A stretch of DNA of 63,749 nucleotides, counting the filler. It is 7 parts of 7 records of this genome, joined end to end, with 100 filler letters (N's around TTAATTAATTAA, not from the genome) between each part and the next. Parts side by side here need not be neighbours in the genome. Positions count along the whole stretch, not along the records: positions 34,628 to 47,941 come from SRR20825010_6961; positions 48,042 to 60,197 come from SRR20825010_6962; 5 more parts are not named here. One strand, written 5' to 3'. Below the pieces are notes generated by a model that was not told the DNA's origin, ran no database searches, and was given only the letters and a program-made list of their open reading frames with translations. Positions 40,129-49,813 of the stretch are shown here, piece by piece. Positions within the stretch are counted from its first letter, which is position 1, and each line of letters opens with the position of its first letter. The position numbers and the translations under genes were made by a program.

Positions 40129-41913
40129 TTACTTTCTGGAATGGATCACGCGGACTTCAACGCGACGATTCAGCGCCCGTCCCTCAGGAGTGTCATTTGT
40201 CGCATTTGGCTGATACGCCCCCGCGCCAGACACCCTCATGACAGTATCATCAACGCCATAGGTGATTAGAGCATCGCGAACCGCAATAGCTCGTGAAAGT
40301 GATAACTCACGGTTAAGCGCATCAGAGCCGGTGCTGTCTGTATGCCCCACAATCACGATGGATTGCGGGGTCCCTTGTTCCGCCAAACGCATAGCGAGTT
40401 GCTGAAGGCGCGTCTCCGCCTCAGGCTTAAAATCAGCGCTGCCAACATCAAACAGGGTGTCACTACCCAAGCTCATAACCTGCTCTGGCTCCGCACTCTG
40501 CAGGTAACGGTCAAAGCTTCCATCCCCATCATCCGGCAGTGTGCAATAACGACTATTACCAGGTTCCACATCGTCATTAATGTCACCCAAGTCTGGGAAT
40601 TCTTGATTGTTAACCGACAGCGTCTCTAGTAGCCGCCCCATGCTTTGGAGTGTCTGCAAACGATTAATGTGCAGGTCATAGAAGCCGCTGATATATGCGC
40701 GCCGCGCCTGAAAAAATTCATTCTCAGAATCGAGAACATCCAGCAAAGAACGTCGACCAATATCGAATTGTTCCCGATAAGCAATCAACACACCCTCGGC
40801 ACGATCACGGTGAGCAGCAAGAGGCTCAAGTTTCTGCTGCAAGTTCAAAACATCGCTATGAGCAACGGTGGCGGTTTGGCGAAGGTCGACACAGGCTTTA
40901 TCGCGCAGGCTTTCAGCCTGACTGATCCGGCGATCTGCCGCTCGCTCCGCTGCAAGATCGCTGCCACCACGGTACAGGTTGTATCGCATGCGTAGCTCAA
41001 CTACTGTTTCATCGCCATAGGAATGCGGGTCTGTACGATTATCAAAACTGTTATTGTTTCTATAGGCACCATGACTGGCACCAAATTCAAAGGTGGGATA
41101 GCGGCCAGCCTTGGCTTCACCATAGGAAGCTTCAGCGGCTTGAATTTCTTCAAAAGCGGCAAAAAGGGCAGGGTTGTTTGTGTATGCGCTATCAAGCACC
41201 TGCCATAAATCCTCGGGTACTACATCAGCCTGCACTTCATAGGGCGTTAGTTCTTCAGCAGGAAAACGCCCTACTAAACGCTGAAATCTGGCCGTAACGG
41301 TTTGCAGATTAGCAACTTCTGTCAGTAGATTGGATCTTGCCAACGAAAGACGACCATCAATTTGCTTAAGATCTGCACGATTGCTAACTCCTCGGCCAGC
41401 GCGTTCACTAACGTGGCGCTGAACACGCTGGTGGTTAGCAACGTTTTCCTGGGCAAGAGTAACCTGTTTACGGAATTTCATTACGCTGAGGTAAGCTTCA
41501 GCAACCTCCAGGGCTTTACGCTCTGCTTCATCCAGAAGCTCATAATAACGAGCACGGCTACTATGCTCCGTTCGCGCGACTGCATTACGCACACGGAAAC
41601 CATCAAACAACATCTGCGTGAGAGAAATTTCTCCGTAATTTCGACTATAACTACCACGAGCATCGTAATCGCGGTCGCCCGTGCCAAGTGATGCATTCAA
41701 ATCAAGGGACGGCAAATAACCACCGAAAGCTTCACGCTGATCATGGGTAGCCGCCTGAAAAGCATGTAAGCGAACTTGAATTTCCGGATTTTTTTCAAGC
41801 GATTCTTGAACCACGCTTAGCAGATCATCTTGTGGTGCAGCGATAACGGAACCCGCACCAACCGTTAGGGAAAACACCAAGGCAAACTTGGCAACGCTAA
41901 TGGTTCTGGCCAT
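40129..41913 (-). CDS. TolC-family outer membrane protein (LapE/AggA-like) fused to an OmpA-like peptidoglycan-binding domain
   Basis: QFDIGRRSLLDVLDSENE; C-terminal LFDVGS, GHTDSTG, LSLSRA, NRRVEV. Confidence 0.92.
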   Translation of the reverse strand: MARTISVAKFALVFSLTVGAGSVIAAPQDDLLSVVQESLEKNPEIQVRLHAFQAATHDQREAFGGYLPSLDLNASLGTGDRDYDARGSYSRNYGEISLTQMLFDGFRVRNAVARTEHSSRARYYELLDEAERKALEVAEAYLSVMKFRKQVTLAQENVANHQRVQRHVSERAGRGVSNRADLKQIDGRLSLARSNLLTEVANLQTVTARFQRLVGRFPAEELTPYEVQADVVPEDLWQVLDSAYTNNPALFAAFEEIQAAEASYGEAKAGRYPTFEFGASHGAYRNNNSFDNRTDPHSYGDETVVELRMRYNLYRGGSDLAAERAADRRISQAESLRDKACVDLRQTATVAHSDVLNLQQKLEPLAAHRDRAEGVLIAYREQFDIGRRSLLDVLDSENEFFQARRAYISGFYDLHINRLQTLQSMGRLLETLSVNNQEFPDLGDINDDVEPGNSRYCTLPDDGDGSFDRYLQSAEPEQVMSLGSDTLFDVGSADFKPEAETRLQQLAMRLAEQGTPQSIVIVGHTDSTGSDALNRELSLSRAIAVRDALITYGVDDTVMRVSGAGAYQPNATNDTPEGRALNRRVEVRVIHSRK

Positions 41914-42330
41914 AATGTCCTCTAGGAATCCTTTCAAGCCTATACGTCAAGCGAATACTGTCGGCACGCTGACTTTAAATGGGAAAATTGCGTTTTATGT
42001 CGAAAAATACAACCTAATCATTGTAGCGCTGGCGAACAAGGAAATCCTGATTTTCGCTTCAAAAGCGTCGTCATCTACCCAGCCCCCTTACCGCTCATCC
42101 TTATTTTACAAAATATACATTTCAGCTTGCTTCGGAATAGATACTCGAGGGCATATTCAATTTCGCTATATACAGGCGAAAGATTCACTTTAATTTAATA
42201 CACAAGAAACAGAAGTGGAGCTAATTATGCGAACAGCTCTTATTGGGATGGAAAAGCGGCAACTGGCCACATAATTTAACGTTACCTGTTTTACGAAAGC
42301 ACTCAGGTGGCCGTTAAATACGAGTAAAGC

Positions 42331-42373
42331 ATTATATCAACATCAAGCAGGGACGAATCTTGATACAAATCAA
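42331..42373 (-). promoter_or_regulatory. FNR/Anr-type class II promoter facing the T1SS-adhesin operon
   Basis: Perfect TTGAT-ACAA-ATCAA (42360-42373) and perfect TATAAT on the minus strand (42331-42336); box centred at about -42. Confidence 0.72.
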
Positions 42374-42423
42374 GCCCCTAACTGGAACTATCGTACAAAG
42401 TACTAATTGACTGCATCTCACCA

Positions 42424-42450
42424 CCGGAGGCCAACGCAGGCGGCCTCCGG
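42424..42450. terminator. Hairpin downstream of the lemA-TPM operon
   Basis: CCGGAGGCC-9nt-GGCCTCCGG; no clear U-tract on the minus strand. Confidence 0.5.
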
Positions 42451-42459
42451 CTCATCTTT

Positions 42460-43071
42460 TTATAAAATCACCAGATGATTCGGCAATTCGTTTTTCTGCT
42501 CCGTGGCGGGGACATGGGCCGCCAACTTGTCACCGCAGGCGGCTACGCATTGCTGGAAGCCCTTGGCCACGTCACCGCGTTTCAGGTGCGCGATAAAGGC
42601 ATCCACCATGCTTTGCCATTCGCTGTCCGGCACATGCTGGGCGATCCCCTGATCCGCAAGAATCTCCACATAATGCTCGGCCTCGCTGACAAAGATCAGC
42701 ACACCCGTAGCACCTTTGGTGCGATGCAGCCCCTGCTGCACAAACGCCTGGCGCGCCAGGCCCGCTGCACGGGCTTGCTGCAAACGCCGGGGCACCAGCC
42801 GCAACTGGATCGGTTTGAACCGGAACAGCACCGCCAGCCCCAACAGCACGCCCCACTGCAATAACAAGGCTTCAAACGGGGTTAACCACACGGGCAGAAA
42901 CAGCAGCACCGCCGGTACCAGCAGCGACAACAACGCCGCCCACATGACAGTCACGTAGCGATAATCATCGGCCTGCCGGGCCAATACAGTAACCAGCTCC
43001 GCATCGGTGCGGGCTTCCTGCTCGCTGATGGCGCGGGCCAGTGCATCCTGTGCAGTGTTATCCAGCAACAT
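42460..43071 (-). CDS. TPM-domain membrane protein
   Basis: E.RTDAELV, TGVLIFVSEAEHYVEILAD.GI, NELPN. Confidence 0.88.
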   Translation of the reverse strand: MLLDNTAQDALARAISEQEARTDAELVTVLARQADDYRYVTVMWAALLSLLVPAVLLFLPVWLTPFEALLLQWGVLLGLAVLFRFKPIQLRLVPRRLQQARAAGLARQAFVQQGLHRTKGATGVLIFVSEAEHYVEILADQGIAQHVPDSEWQSMVDAFIAHLKRGDVAKGFQQCVAACGDKLAAHVPATEQKNELPNHLVIL

Positions 43072-43790
43072 TACCAACCTCCCGAGGCGCCACCGCCTCC
43101 AAAACCACCACCGCCGCCGCCGAAGCCGCCGCCACCAAAACCGCCACCACCGAAACCACCGGCGCCCATTCCCATGGGCAGGAACATCAAGCCACCACGA
43201 CGACCGCCTCGACCACCGCCACCACCAAAGGAGAGCAGAAAGGTGAGCACGACCATGCCGATCAGTATCAACAGAGCCTTGAGGCCGCTGGGCTTGTCAC
43301 GGGGTTGGCGTTCGCCTTGATATTCGCCTTTGATCGCAGCCTGGATACTGGTTACCCCGGCCTGAATACCGCCATAGAATTGCCCCTGACGAAAAGCCGG
43401 CAGAATTTCCTGTTGGACGATAACACTGGAGAGCGCATCGGTAAGAGCGCCCTCCAGGCCGTAGCCCACTTCAATACGGACCTTGCGATCATTGGGGGCC
43501 ACGATCAGTAGCACGCCGTTGTCGTTTTCTTTGCTGCCGATGCCCCATTCACGGCCCAGTTGATAGCCATAATCGGCAATCTCGTAGCCCTGCAAATCAG
43601 GCACGGTAACCACCACCAGCTGATTGGACGTATTCTGTTCTGCGGCGGCCAGGGCCTGGGTAAGGCTCTGGGTCTGGGCGGGGGTGAGCAGCCCCGCTTC
43701 ATCGACCACCCGGCCGGACAGCGCCGGAAACTCCGGCGCCGCCCACAGCGAGGTGCTGAGCAGCAGAACAATCAGTGCGAAATAGCGCAT
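43071..43790 (-). CDS. TPM-domain protein (YgcG-like)
   Basis: RVVDEAGLL, WGIG...DNGVLL, RIEVGYGLEG, Gly-rich tail GGGGASGGW. Confidence 0.92.
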   Translation of the reverse strand: MRYFALIVLLLSTSLWAAPEFPALSGRVVDEAGLLTPAQTQSLTQALAAAEQNTSNQLVVVTVPDLQGYEIADYGYQLGREWGIGSKENDNGVLLIVAPNDRKVRIEVGYGLEGALTDALSSVIVQQEILPAFRQGQFYGGIQAGVTSIQAAIKGEYQGERQPRDKPSGLKALLILIGMVVLTFLLSFGGGGGRGGRRGGLMFLPMGMGAGGFGGGGFGGGGFGGGGGGFGGGGASGGW

Positions 43791-44419
43791 CAGTTAAAGT
43801 TCACTGCTGGTGCCTGGTCCGCGTCTTCAGCGGTCGCTTCATAGGTCTCGCGCGGCTCCATGTCGCTGTACAGGAAGCTGTGCCACAGGCGACCGGGGAA
43901 GGTGCGAATTTCCGTGTTGTATTGCTGTACCGCAGCGATGTAATCACGACGCGCCACACTGATGCGGTTTTCCGTGCCTTCCAGCTGCGATTGCAGGGCC
44001 AGGAAGTTCTGGTTGGCTTTCAGGTCCGGGTAACGCTCGGCCACCACCATCAAACGCTGCAGGGCGGAACCGAGCTGACGCTGGGCCTGCTCGAACTGCT
44101 GCAGTTTCTCCGGATTATTGAGCATGTTGCCATCCACCTGGATGGAGCCCACCTTGGCCCGAGCCTGGGTCACGTCCACCAGCACTTCCTGCTCGTGGCT
44201 GGCATAGCCCTTGACCGTGTTGACCAGGTTGGGAATCAGGTCGGCACGGCGCTGGTACTGGTTTTCCACCTGGGACCAGGCCGCTTTGACCTGCTCGTCA
44301 TAGGTGGGGATATTATTAATACCACACCCGCTCAACCAGCCTGCCAGCAAGACCAGCATGGCGCTGCGCCACACGGTAGCCATGCGCGGCATGGGCCGCG
44401 CGGTCAGTGTCTTTGTCAT
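43790..44419 (-). CDS. lemA: LemA family lipoprotein
   Basis: LSGC lipobox, YQRRADLIPNLV, ERYPDLKAN, LEGTENRI. Confidence 0.95.
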   Translation of the reverse strand: MTKTLTARPMPRMATVWRSAMLVLLAGWLSGCGINNIPTYDEQVKAAWSQVENQYQRRADLIPNLVNTVKGYASHEQEVLVDVTQARAKVGSIQVDGNMLNNPEKLQQFEQAQRQLGSALQRLMVVAERYPDLKANQNFLALQSQLEGTENRISVARRDYIAAVQQYNTEIRTFPGRLWHSFLYSDMEPRETYEATAEDADQAPAVNFN

Positions 44420-44459
44420 CGATCCTGTCTCCTTGATGGTGTTTGTGTTGTCAGCATCG

Positions 44460-44768
44460 TCACGGCTCACTGAGCGCCTCGATCCAGACCGACAGCGGCT
44501 GCTGCCTTTTTTCTGCTTGCAGGACCGCCAGCAACCGTTGTTTGTCGCGGCGGCTTAACCGTTTTATTCGTGCCTCCAGCTGACTGGCGGAGGCCCTGTC
44601 GCCTCCTGGCAGCAGCAACACCGGACGCACCGGGCGGCGGGCCCGGGTATAGCGCGCCCCTTTCGGGCTGGTGTTGTGCTCGTGAAACCGGCGCGCCGGT
44701 TCCGTGCTGATTCCGGTATACAAGGACCGGTCCGCACACTCCAGCATATACACCCACCACTGTTGCAT
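44460..44768 (-). CDS. GIY-YIG nuclease family protein (UPF0213/YhbQ-like)
   Basis: WVYMLECAD.SLYTGI, RFHEHN, GARYT. Confidence 0.9.
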   Translation of the reverse strand: MQQWWVYMLECADRSLYTGISTEPARRFHEHNTSPKGARYTRARRPVRPVLLLPGGDRASASQLEARIKRLSRRDKQRLLAVLQAEKRQQPLSVWIEALSEP

Positions 44769-44893
44769 GGTTTTACACCCACCCCTGCGATGGCTGGTAT
44801 GATGCCAGAGACGCTACGCGTTAAGGAATCGCTGTATTATTGAAAGCGTCCTTGGCGCCATTACAACAAACCACGAACGACAAGGATGCAAAC

Positions 44894-45289
44894 ATGGTTA
44901 CCTATCTCTACTGGTTCCTGGTGGCTGCACTGGTCATTGGCACCCTGTTTGGCCTCGGCGTACGGCTGGGCAAATGGAAGCCCGCCCTGATTATCGCCGT
45001 AATCATCTGGCTCACCGCCACCATCGCCTACTATTTCTGGTTACAGCAGGTCTTTGTGAAGCGCTTTGGCGGCACCATGAATATTACCGTGCCGGAAGAG
45101 CAGTACCACATCAGCGCCACCTGGAAAGATGACAACCTGTGGATCGAAAACTACGACCCAAAAACCAACGAGTGCATTTTCCGGGAATATTCCCGTGGCA
45201 ACATGCTCGAAGGGAAGGTGGTCATCAAGAACTGTAGTCCGCTGCAAAGCACTGGCATGGTTCTGCCTAAAGATTCCGCTGTGCAGTAA
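44894..45289 (+). CDS. Hypothetical membrane protein (two TM helices plus a small soluble domain)
   Basis: AAGGA RBS, two TM helices, FGG...WKDDNLW...F.EYS...LEGKV. Confidence 0.75.
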   Translation: MVTYLYWFLVAALVIGTLFGLGVRLGKWKPALIIAVIIWLTATIAYYFWLQQVFVKRFGGTMNITVPEEQYHISATWKDDNLWIENYDPKTNECIFREYSRGNMLEGKVVIKNCSPLQSTGMVLPKDSAVQ

Positions 45290-45368
45290 GCTGCTCGCCC
45301 CGCGCCAACCGTGACTCTGTGCAGGGTTGGCGCTATCCTGCAGCGCTTTACACCGCACAGGATTTCCC

Positions 45369-45731
45369 ATGAACACCTCCCTAAGCTCCCTGCTGGACAC
45401 CCTGAACAACGCCCCCGAAAGCGTCGCTTTCGACACGGTACAAGCCGTCATTGCCGAGCACTACCACTACACCCCGGCCACCTTTATCAATGGCGAGGGC
45501 GACGACTGTGTACGTAACGATGCCGGCACCAATGAGGGCTCGTGCAAAATTTTCGCCTTTGCCAAGCACCAGCAACTCTCTGATGCGCAAACGCTGGCCT
45601 GTTTCGGCCACTTTTACCGAGAACATGTGCTGGGCAACCCTGACGGCAGCGACCACGCCAATATTCGCACCTTCATGCGCCACGGCCTGAGCCAGGTAGT
45701 GTTCGACACTCCCGCACTGGCAGCAAAATAA
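45369..45731 (+). CDS. HopJ-family protein
   Basis: Y.YTP..F.NG, NEGSCKIF, CFG.FYR..VL..PDG.DHANIR.F. Confidence 0.88.
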   Translation: MNTSLSSLLDTLNNAPESVAFDTVQAVIAEHYHYTPATFINGEGDDCVRNDAGTNEGSCKIFAFAKHQQLSDAQTLACFGHFYREHVLGNPDGSDHANIRTFMRHGLSQVVFDTPALAAK

Positions 45732-45890
45732 AGGCATTGTGGATGGCGCTGGCTGGGCGCCTGATGCGGCAAACAGGAAACCCTATTAAGGCCGGGAGCG
45801 CCCCTTCGCGCAGCCTTGACCGGCCTTCGCGATACTCTCAATATCGAGCGTTCCGGCAACCTCCGCTGACGCGAACAAAGGACATCTTGC

Positions 45891-46460
45891 ATGCCCAGCC
45901 CCCTGCGCCATGCCCTGACCACGCTTGCCCTGCTGGCGACCCCGCTGGCTGGCGCCGACTCAGCCTGCGCCCCGGCACTGGAAACCTCCGTGCGCAAGCT
46001 GCACGCCACCAGCGAACTGGATTTGTGCGCCCTTACGGGGGGCAAGCTGACACTGGTAGTCAACACGGCCAGCCAGTGCGGCTATACCCCACAGTTCAAG
46101 AGCCTGGAAGCGCTATACCAGACTTACCGTGAACAGGGCCTGGTAATCATCGGTTTCCCCTCCGACGACTTCCGCCAGGAACTGGACGACGAGGCCGATA
46201 CCGCCAGCGTCTGCTATGTGAACTACGGCGTCAGCTTCCCCATGGCTGCCACCAGTCAGGTCAAGGGCGATGCCGCTAACCCGGTGTTCCAGGCGCTGAA
46301 CCAGGCGGCCGGCGAGCCCGCCTGGAACTTCAACAAATACCTGGTGCCCGCCAGCGGCGACGGCATCATCCATTTCCCCGCAGCGGAAAAGCCTCTGGGT
46401 GGCAAGCTGGAAGCGGCCATCAGGCAAGCGCTGTCCGGTGCGCAGGGCCAGACGGACTAG
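45891..46460 (+). CDS. Glutathione peroxidase-like protein with signal peptide
   Basis: VNTASQCGYT, GFPSDDF.QE, WNFNKYL. Confidence 0.92.
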   Translation: MPSPLRHALTTLALLATPLAGADSACAPALETSVRKLHATSELDLCALTGGKLTLVVNTASQCGYTPQFKSLEALYQTYREQGLVIIGFPSDDFRQELDDEADTASVCYVNYGVSFPMAATSQVKGDAANPVFQALNQAAGEPAWNFNKYLVPASGDGIIHFPAAEKPLGGKLEAAIRQALSGAQGQTD

Positions 46461-46524
46461 CCTCTGTGGTGGTGGCAGCGTTCATATGAGCCTGCTATTG
46501 TGATTGATCAACCCATCAGCCCCG

Positions 46525-46851
46525 ATGAGTCCCGTGAAAGTTCGTAACAGCAAGGAACAACAACGGTATCGCCTGGAACGCGACATGGAACGCTTTCTCT
46601 CCGAAGGCGGGTCCATTAGTGAAGTGCCAAACGGGATGAGTGGCGCCGATGCAGTCTCCGGCAAGGGCCACCAGACGGTGCTGTTCAATGGCCCACGTCA
46701 GACGCAACGCACTGACCTGAGCCAGGTAGCAGCCACTATTGATTCACGCAAACACAAGCCTCGCCGGCAACGCTTGAATGCCCGACCGCAGCGCAAACTG
46801 GTTTATGACGACTTCGGCGAACCGCTCCGCTGGGTCTGGCAGAATAAATAA
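46525..46851 (+). CDS. SutA-like small protein
   Basis: LERDMERFLSEGGSISEV core; C-terminal DDFGEPLRWVW. Confidence 0.55.
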   Translation: MSPVKVRNSKEQQRYRLERDMERFLSEGGSISEVPNGMSGADAVSGKGHQTVLFNGPRQTQRTDLSQVAATIDSRKHKPRRQRLNARPQRKLVYDDFGEPLRWVWQNK

Positions 46852-46893
46852 CCCGCCTTATGGCACCCTTATGGCACATCCAAGGACAGCTCT

Positions 46894-47670
46894 ATGAAAC
46901 GGTTTTTCCTGCTGGTATCCCTGATTGTCGCTGGCCAGACCAGCTCCGCCGATATTATTGAAACCGAAGTCACCCTGCCTGACGGCCTGGGCAAAGGCAT
47001 CATGTACCTCAACGATGACCAGAAAGACCCTGGCCCCGGAGTGATTGTGGTGCACGAATGGTGGGGCCTGAACGACTATGCCCGTAACCGCGCCCACATG
47101 CTGGCCCAAGCGGGTTACACCGCCCTGGCGGTAGACATGTACGGTACCGGCGAAGTCGCCACCCACCCCAAAGACGCCAAAAGCTTTATGGAAACCGCCC
47201 TGTCAGACCCGGAAACCATGAACGCCCGTTTTCAGGCTGCCCGCACCATGATGCTCAAACAGCAGCAAGTAGAGCCGGGACGCTTGTTTGCCATTGGCTA
47301 CTGCTTTGGCGGTGCAGTGGTGCTGGAACAGGCGCGCCGGGGGACAGACCTCGCTGGGGTAGCCAGTTTCCACGGTAGCCTGGGCACAGAGAACCCGGCC
47401 AAGGCCGGCGAAATCAAGGCCCGTGTGCTGGTCGCCACTGGCCAGGCGGACCCCATGGTACCCGCCGAACAGGTCAGCGGTTTCGTCAGCGAGATGACCA
47501 CCGCCGGCGCCGACTTCCAGTTACTCAGCTTCCCCGGCGTGAAGCACAGCTTCACCAACCCGGGGGCGGATGCCGCGGGTAAGCGCTTCGACATGCCGCT
47601 GGCCTACAGTGCCCATGCGGACCAGGTCAGCTGGAAAGCGCTGATCGACTTTCTGGAACACGAGGAATAA
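46894..47670 (+). CDS. Dienelactone hydrolase family protein
   Basis: HEWWGLN, GYCFGG, SFHG, HSFTNP. Confidence 0.92.
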   Translation: MKRFFLLVSLIVAGQTSSADIIETEVTLPDGLGKGIMYLNDDQKDPGPGVIVVHEWWGLNDYARNRAHMLAQAGYTALAVDMYGTGEVATHPKDAKSFMETALSDPETMNARFQAARTMMLKQQQVEPGRLFAIGYCFGGAVVLEQARRGTDLAGVASFHGSLGTENPAKAGEIKARVLVATGQADPMVPAEQVSGFVSEMTTAGADFQLLSFPGVKHSFTNPGADAAGKRFDMPLAYSAHADQVSWKALIDFLEHEE

Positions 47671-47675
47671 TCACC

Positions 47676-47723
47676 CGCACCATAATTGCGCATCGCCGCG
47701 CACCACGCACCATGCCGGCACAA
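47676..47723. promoter_or_regulatory. NtrC-like upstream activating sites
   Basis: CGCACCATAATTGCGCA and CGCACCATGCCGGCACA resemble the NtrC dyad TGCAC-N7-GTGCA. Confidence 0.6.
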
Positions 47724-47844
47724 ATTCACATGCCGGCATGGTCACCCTCCTCGCATACACTGCCGTCTTTCCTTTCTCCCGCTTTCGCCTCAGCCCACGG
47801 CTCGCGCGGGCGCACGGCTTTTTCCCTCCTCGCCCCGCCCATCT

Positions 47845-47859
47845 TGGCACTCCCTTTGC
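47845..47859 (+). promoter_or_regulatory. Sigma54 (-24/-12) promoter
   Basis: Perfect TGGCAC-TCCCT-TTGC, 120-170 bp downstream of the NtrC-like sites. Confidence 0.8.
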
Positions 47860-47941
47860 TTTGTTACGGAAGAGGAATCGAATGGCTTTGTTGCCATTAG
47901 GGAGCCTCTGCATAACTCCTTGCATGCTCAGTCTTTCAGGC

Positions 47942-48041
47942 NNNNNNNNNNNNNNNNNNNNNNNNNNNNNNNNNNNNNNNNNNNNTTAATTAATTAANNN
48001 NNNNNNNNNNNNNNNNNNNNNNNNNNNNNNNNNNNNNNNNN
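47942..48041. other. Artificial contig spacer
   Basis: N44-TTAATTAATTAA-N44. Confidence 0.99.
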
Positions 48042-48876
48042 CCGCGACCGAATCCTCGCAATCCATGATCGTGGTCAGGGCCGCTTCGACGACAATGTCG
48101 GCAATGCCCGCAGGATCGCCCTTGCCGATCGGATGATCCTTGTTGATGACGATCTCGAAATGCAGCTCGTTATTGCGGATCAGGATGTCGTCCGGGGCGC
48201 TCGCGTCACCGTTATAGCCGGCGAACTGGAACGGGGCTTTCAGGCCGGTCGTCATGCCGTCTTTCAATGTCACGGAAAGCTGGCCGTCGACGATGCTGTA
48301 GCCGACGGAATCCGCATGACTGCCGCTGGAGAGCGGTGCCGACATGTCCAGAAAATCCCGGGCCCAGGCGATAACCTTGGCTCCGCGCGCCGGATTGTAG
48401 GCGCCCCCTGCGGCAGCGCCGCCTTCGTCGGAGATCGCGTCGGTGCCGTAAAGCGCGTCATAGAGGCTGCCCCAGCGGGCGTTCGCGGCGTTCAGCGCGT
48501 AGCGTGCATTCATCACCGGGACGACGAGCTGCGGGCCGGCGACCGTGGCAATTTCCGCATCGACATTCGCCGTGCCGACGGAGAAGGCGGGGCCTTCCGG
48601 CACGATATAGCCGATATCCTTCAGGAAGAGCTTGTAGGCCTCAAGATCGAAACCGGCGGCGCGATTGGCCTTGTGCCAGGTGTCGATCTTTTCCTGCAGC
48701 ACATCGCGCTTGGCGACGAGCGCCCGGTTTTTCGGGGCGAAATCGGACACGATACGCTCGAACCCGGTCCAGAAAGCTTCCGGTGCGACACCGGTGTCTG
48801 GAAGGGCCTCCTCGTTCATGAAGTCATAGAGCGTCTGGTCGATCTGCAGAGTGCCGATCTGGATCCGGCTGGTCAT
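48042..48876 (-). CDS. glcB: Malate synthase G, N-terminal part
   Basis: [44 protein letters not shown]. Confidence 0.96.
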
Positions 48877-49001
48877 CGCGAGGCCCTTTCCGCGTAGGTT
48901 TCAGTGTTCAGAAATCGAGGCGCATCCTCTTGATCCGCCTTCCGGCACGCAAGCGGCGGTTCCGCAATGCGGAAACCAAAACCATTTTATTGTGCGCCCG
49001 C

Positions 49002-49517
49002 TCAATTCGATGTGGTGAGCAGCAAATCGTTCACAAGTTCCAGCAGACTTCCGCCCTTAAAGAGATGGCCCGGCAGACCGGCTGCCTCGGCGGCTTGCAT
49101 GTCCGTCATGCGATCTCCGATCATGAAGGAGCGGGAAAGGTCGATATCCCAATGACCGAGAATATCGAGAATCATTCCCGGCTCCGGCTTGCGCCAGTCC
49201 GCGAGGCCGGTGAAACGGCCGTCGTCGAAATCCGGATGGTAGGGACTGATGCGGAAATCGTCGATCCCTCCGCCGTGTTCTTGCAGTCGTGCATTCATCC
49301 AGCGGTGCAGGGCTTCGACATCCGCCACATCGTAGTAACCCCGGGCAATTCCGGCCTGGTTGGTCACGACAAACACAAGATATCCGCGCTTTTTCAGCAG
49401 CGTGATGGCTTCCACTGCACCGTCGATCCATTCGATCTGATCGGGACGGTGGGGATAGCCGGTATCCCGGTTGAGAACGCCGTCGCGATCAAGGAAGGCT
49501 GCCGGTCTTTTGCTCAT
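49002..49517 (-). CDS. HAD-IIIA phosphatase (GmhB-like)
   Basis: FLDRDGVLN, VTNQAGI, RKPEPGM, IGDR.TD; the Zn-binding cysteines are replaced (SPYHP, DWRK). Confidence 0.88.
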   Translation of the reverse strand: MSKRPAAFLDRDGVLNRDTGYPHRPDQIEWIDGAVEAITLLKKRGYLVFVVTNQAGIARGYYDVADVEALHRWMNARLQEHGGGIDDFRISPYHPDFDDGRFTGLADWRKPEPGMILDILGHWDIDLSRSFMIGDRMTDMQAAEAAGLPGHLFKGGSLLELVNDLLLTTSN

Positions 49518-49813
49518 TCTTTAGCCAGTATGCTGATCAATTGGTCAAATGCGTGTCGTGTGTCGTTCATTCCGAATCCCATGGGTGCGGGAGTGAGTTT
49601 GTTCACAACCCGTCCGCAATGTGCGTTTTTTGGTCAATGGTCCCGGCTTCTTTACGATATTTTCATCCCTATATCGCATTCTGAGCACCGTGATGCAGCG
49701 ACCATCTCTTGGCCCGCCTATTGCATTGCACGGAAACAGTTCAAACCCGGATTGGATCAGACGGCCGCGCAAGCGGGCGCTTTGGGTCCATCCAACACAC
49801 GGAGTTGGACAGA

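Noticed and set aside
42075-42097. ops/JUMPstart-like GCGGTA in the T1SS leader
   Set aside because: Minus strand reads AGCGGTAAG, not GGCGGTAG; match too weak
43080-43230. CCACCG/CCGCCA microsatellite-like tract
   Set aside because: Encodes the Gly-rich tail that is normal for YgcG/TPM proteins
44460-44768. GIY-YIG gene as a homing endonuclease or defence gene
   Set aside because: Size and motifs fit the common stand-alone UPF0213/YhbQ family; no intron or mobile context
45369-45731. HopJ as evidence of a type III secretion system
   Set aside because: HopJ-family proteins occur widely in non-pathogens, and no T3SS genes are present here
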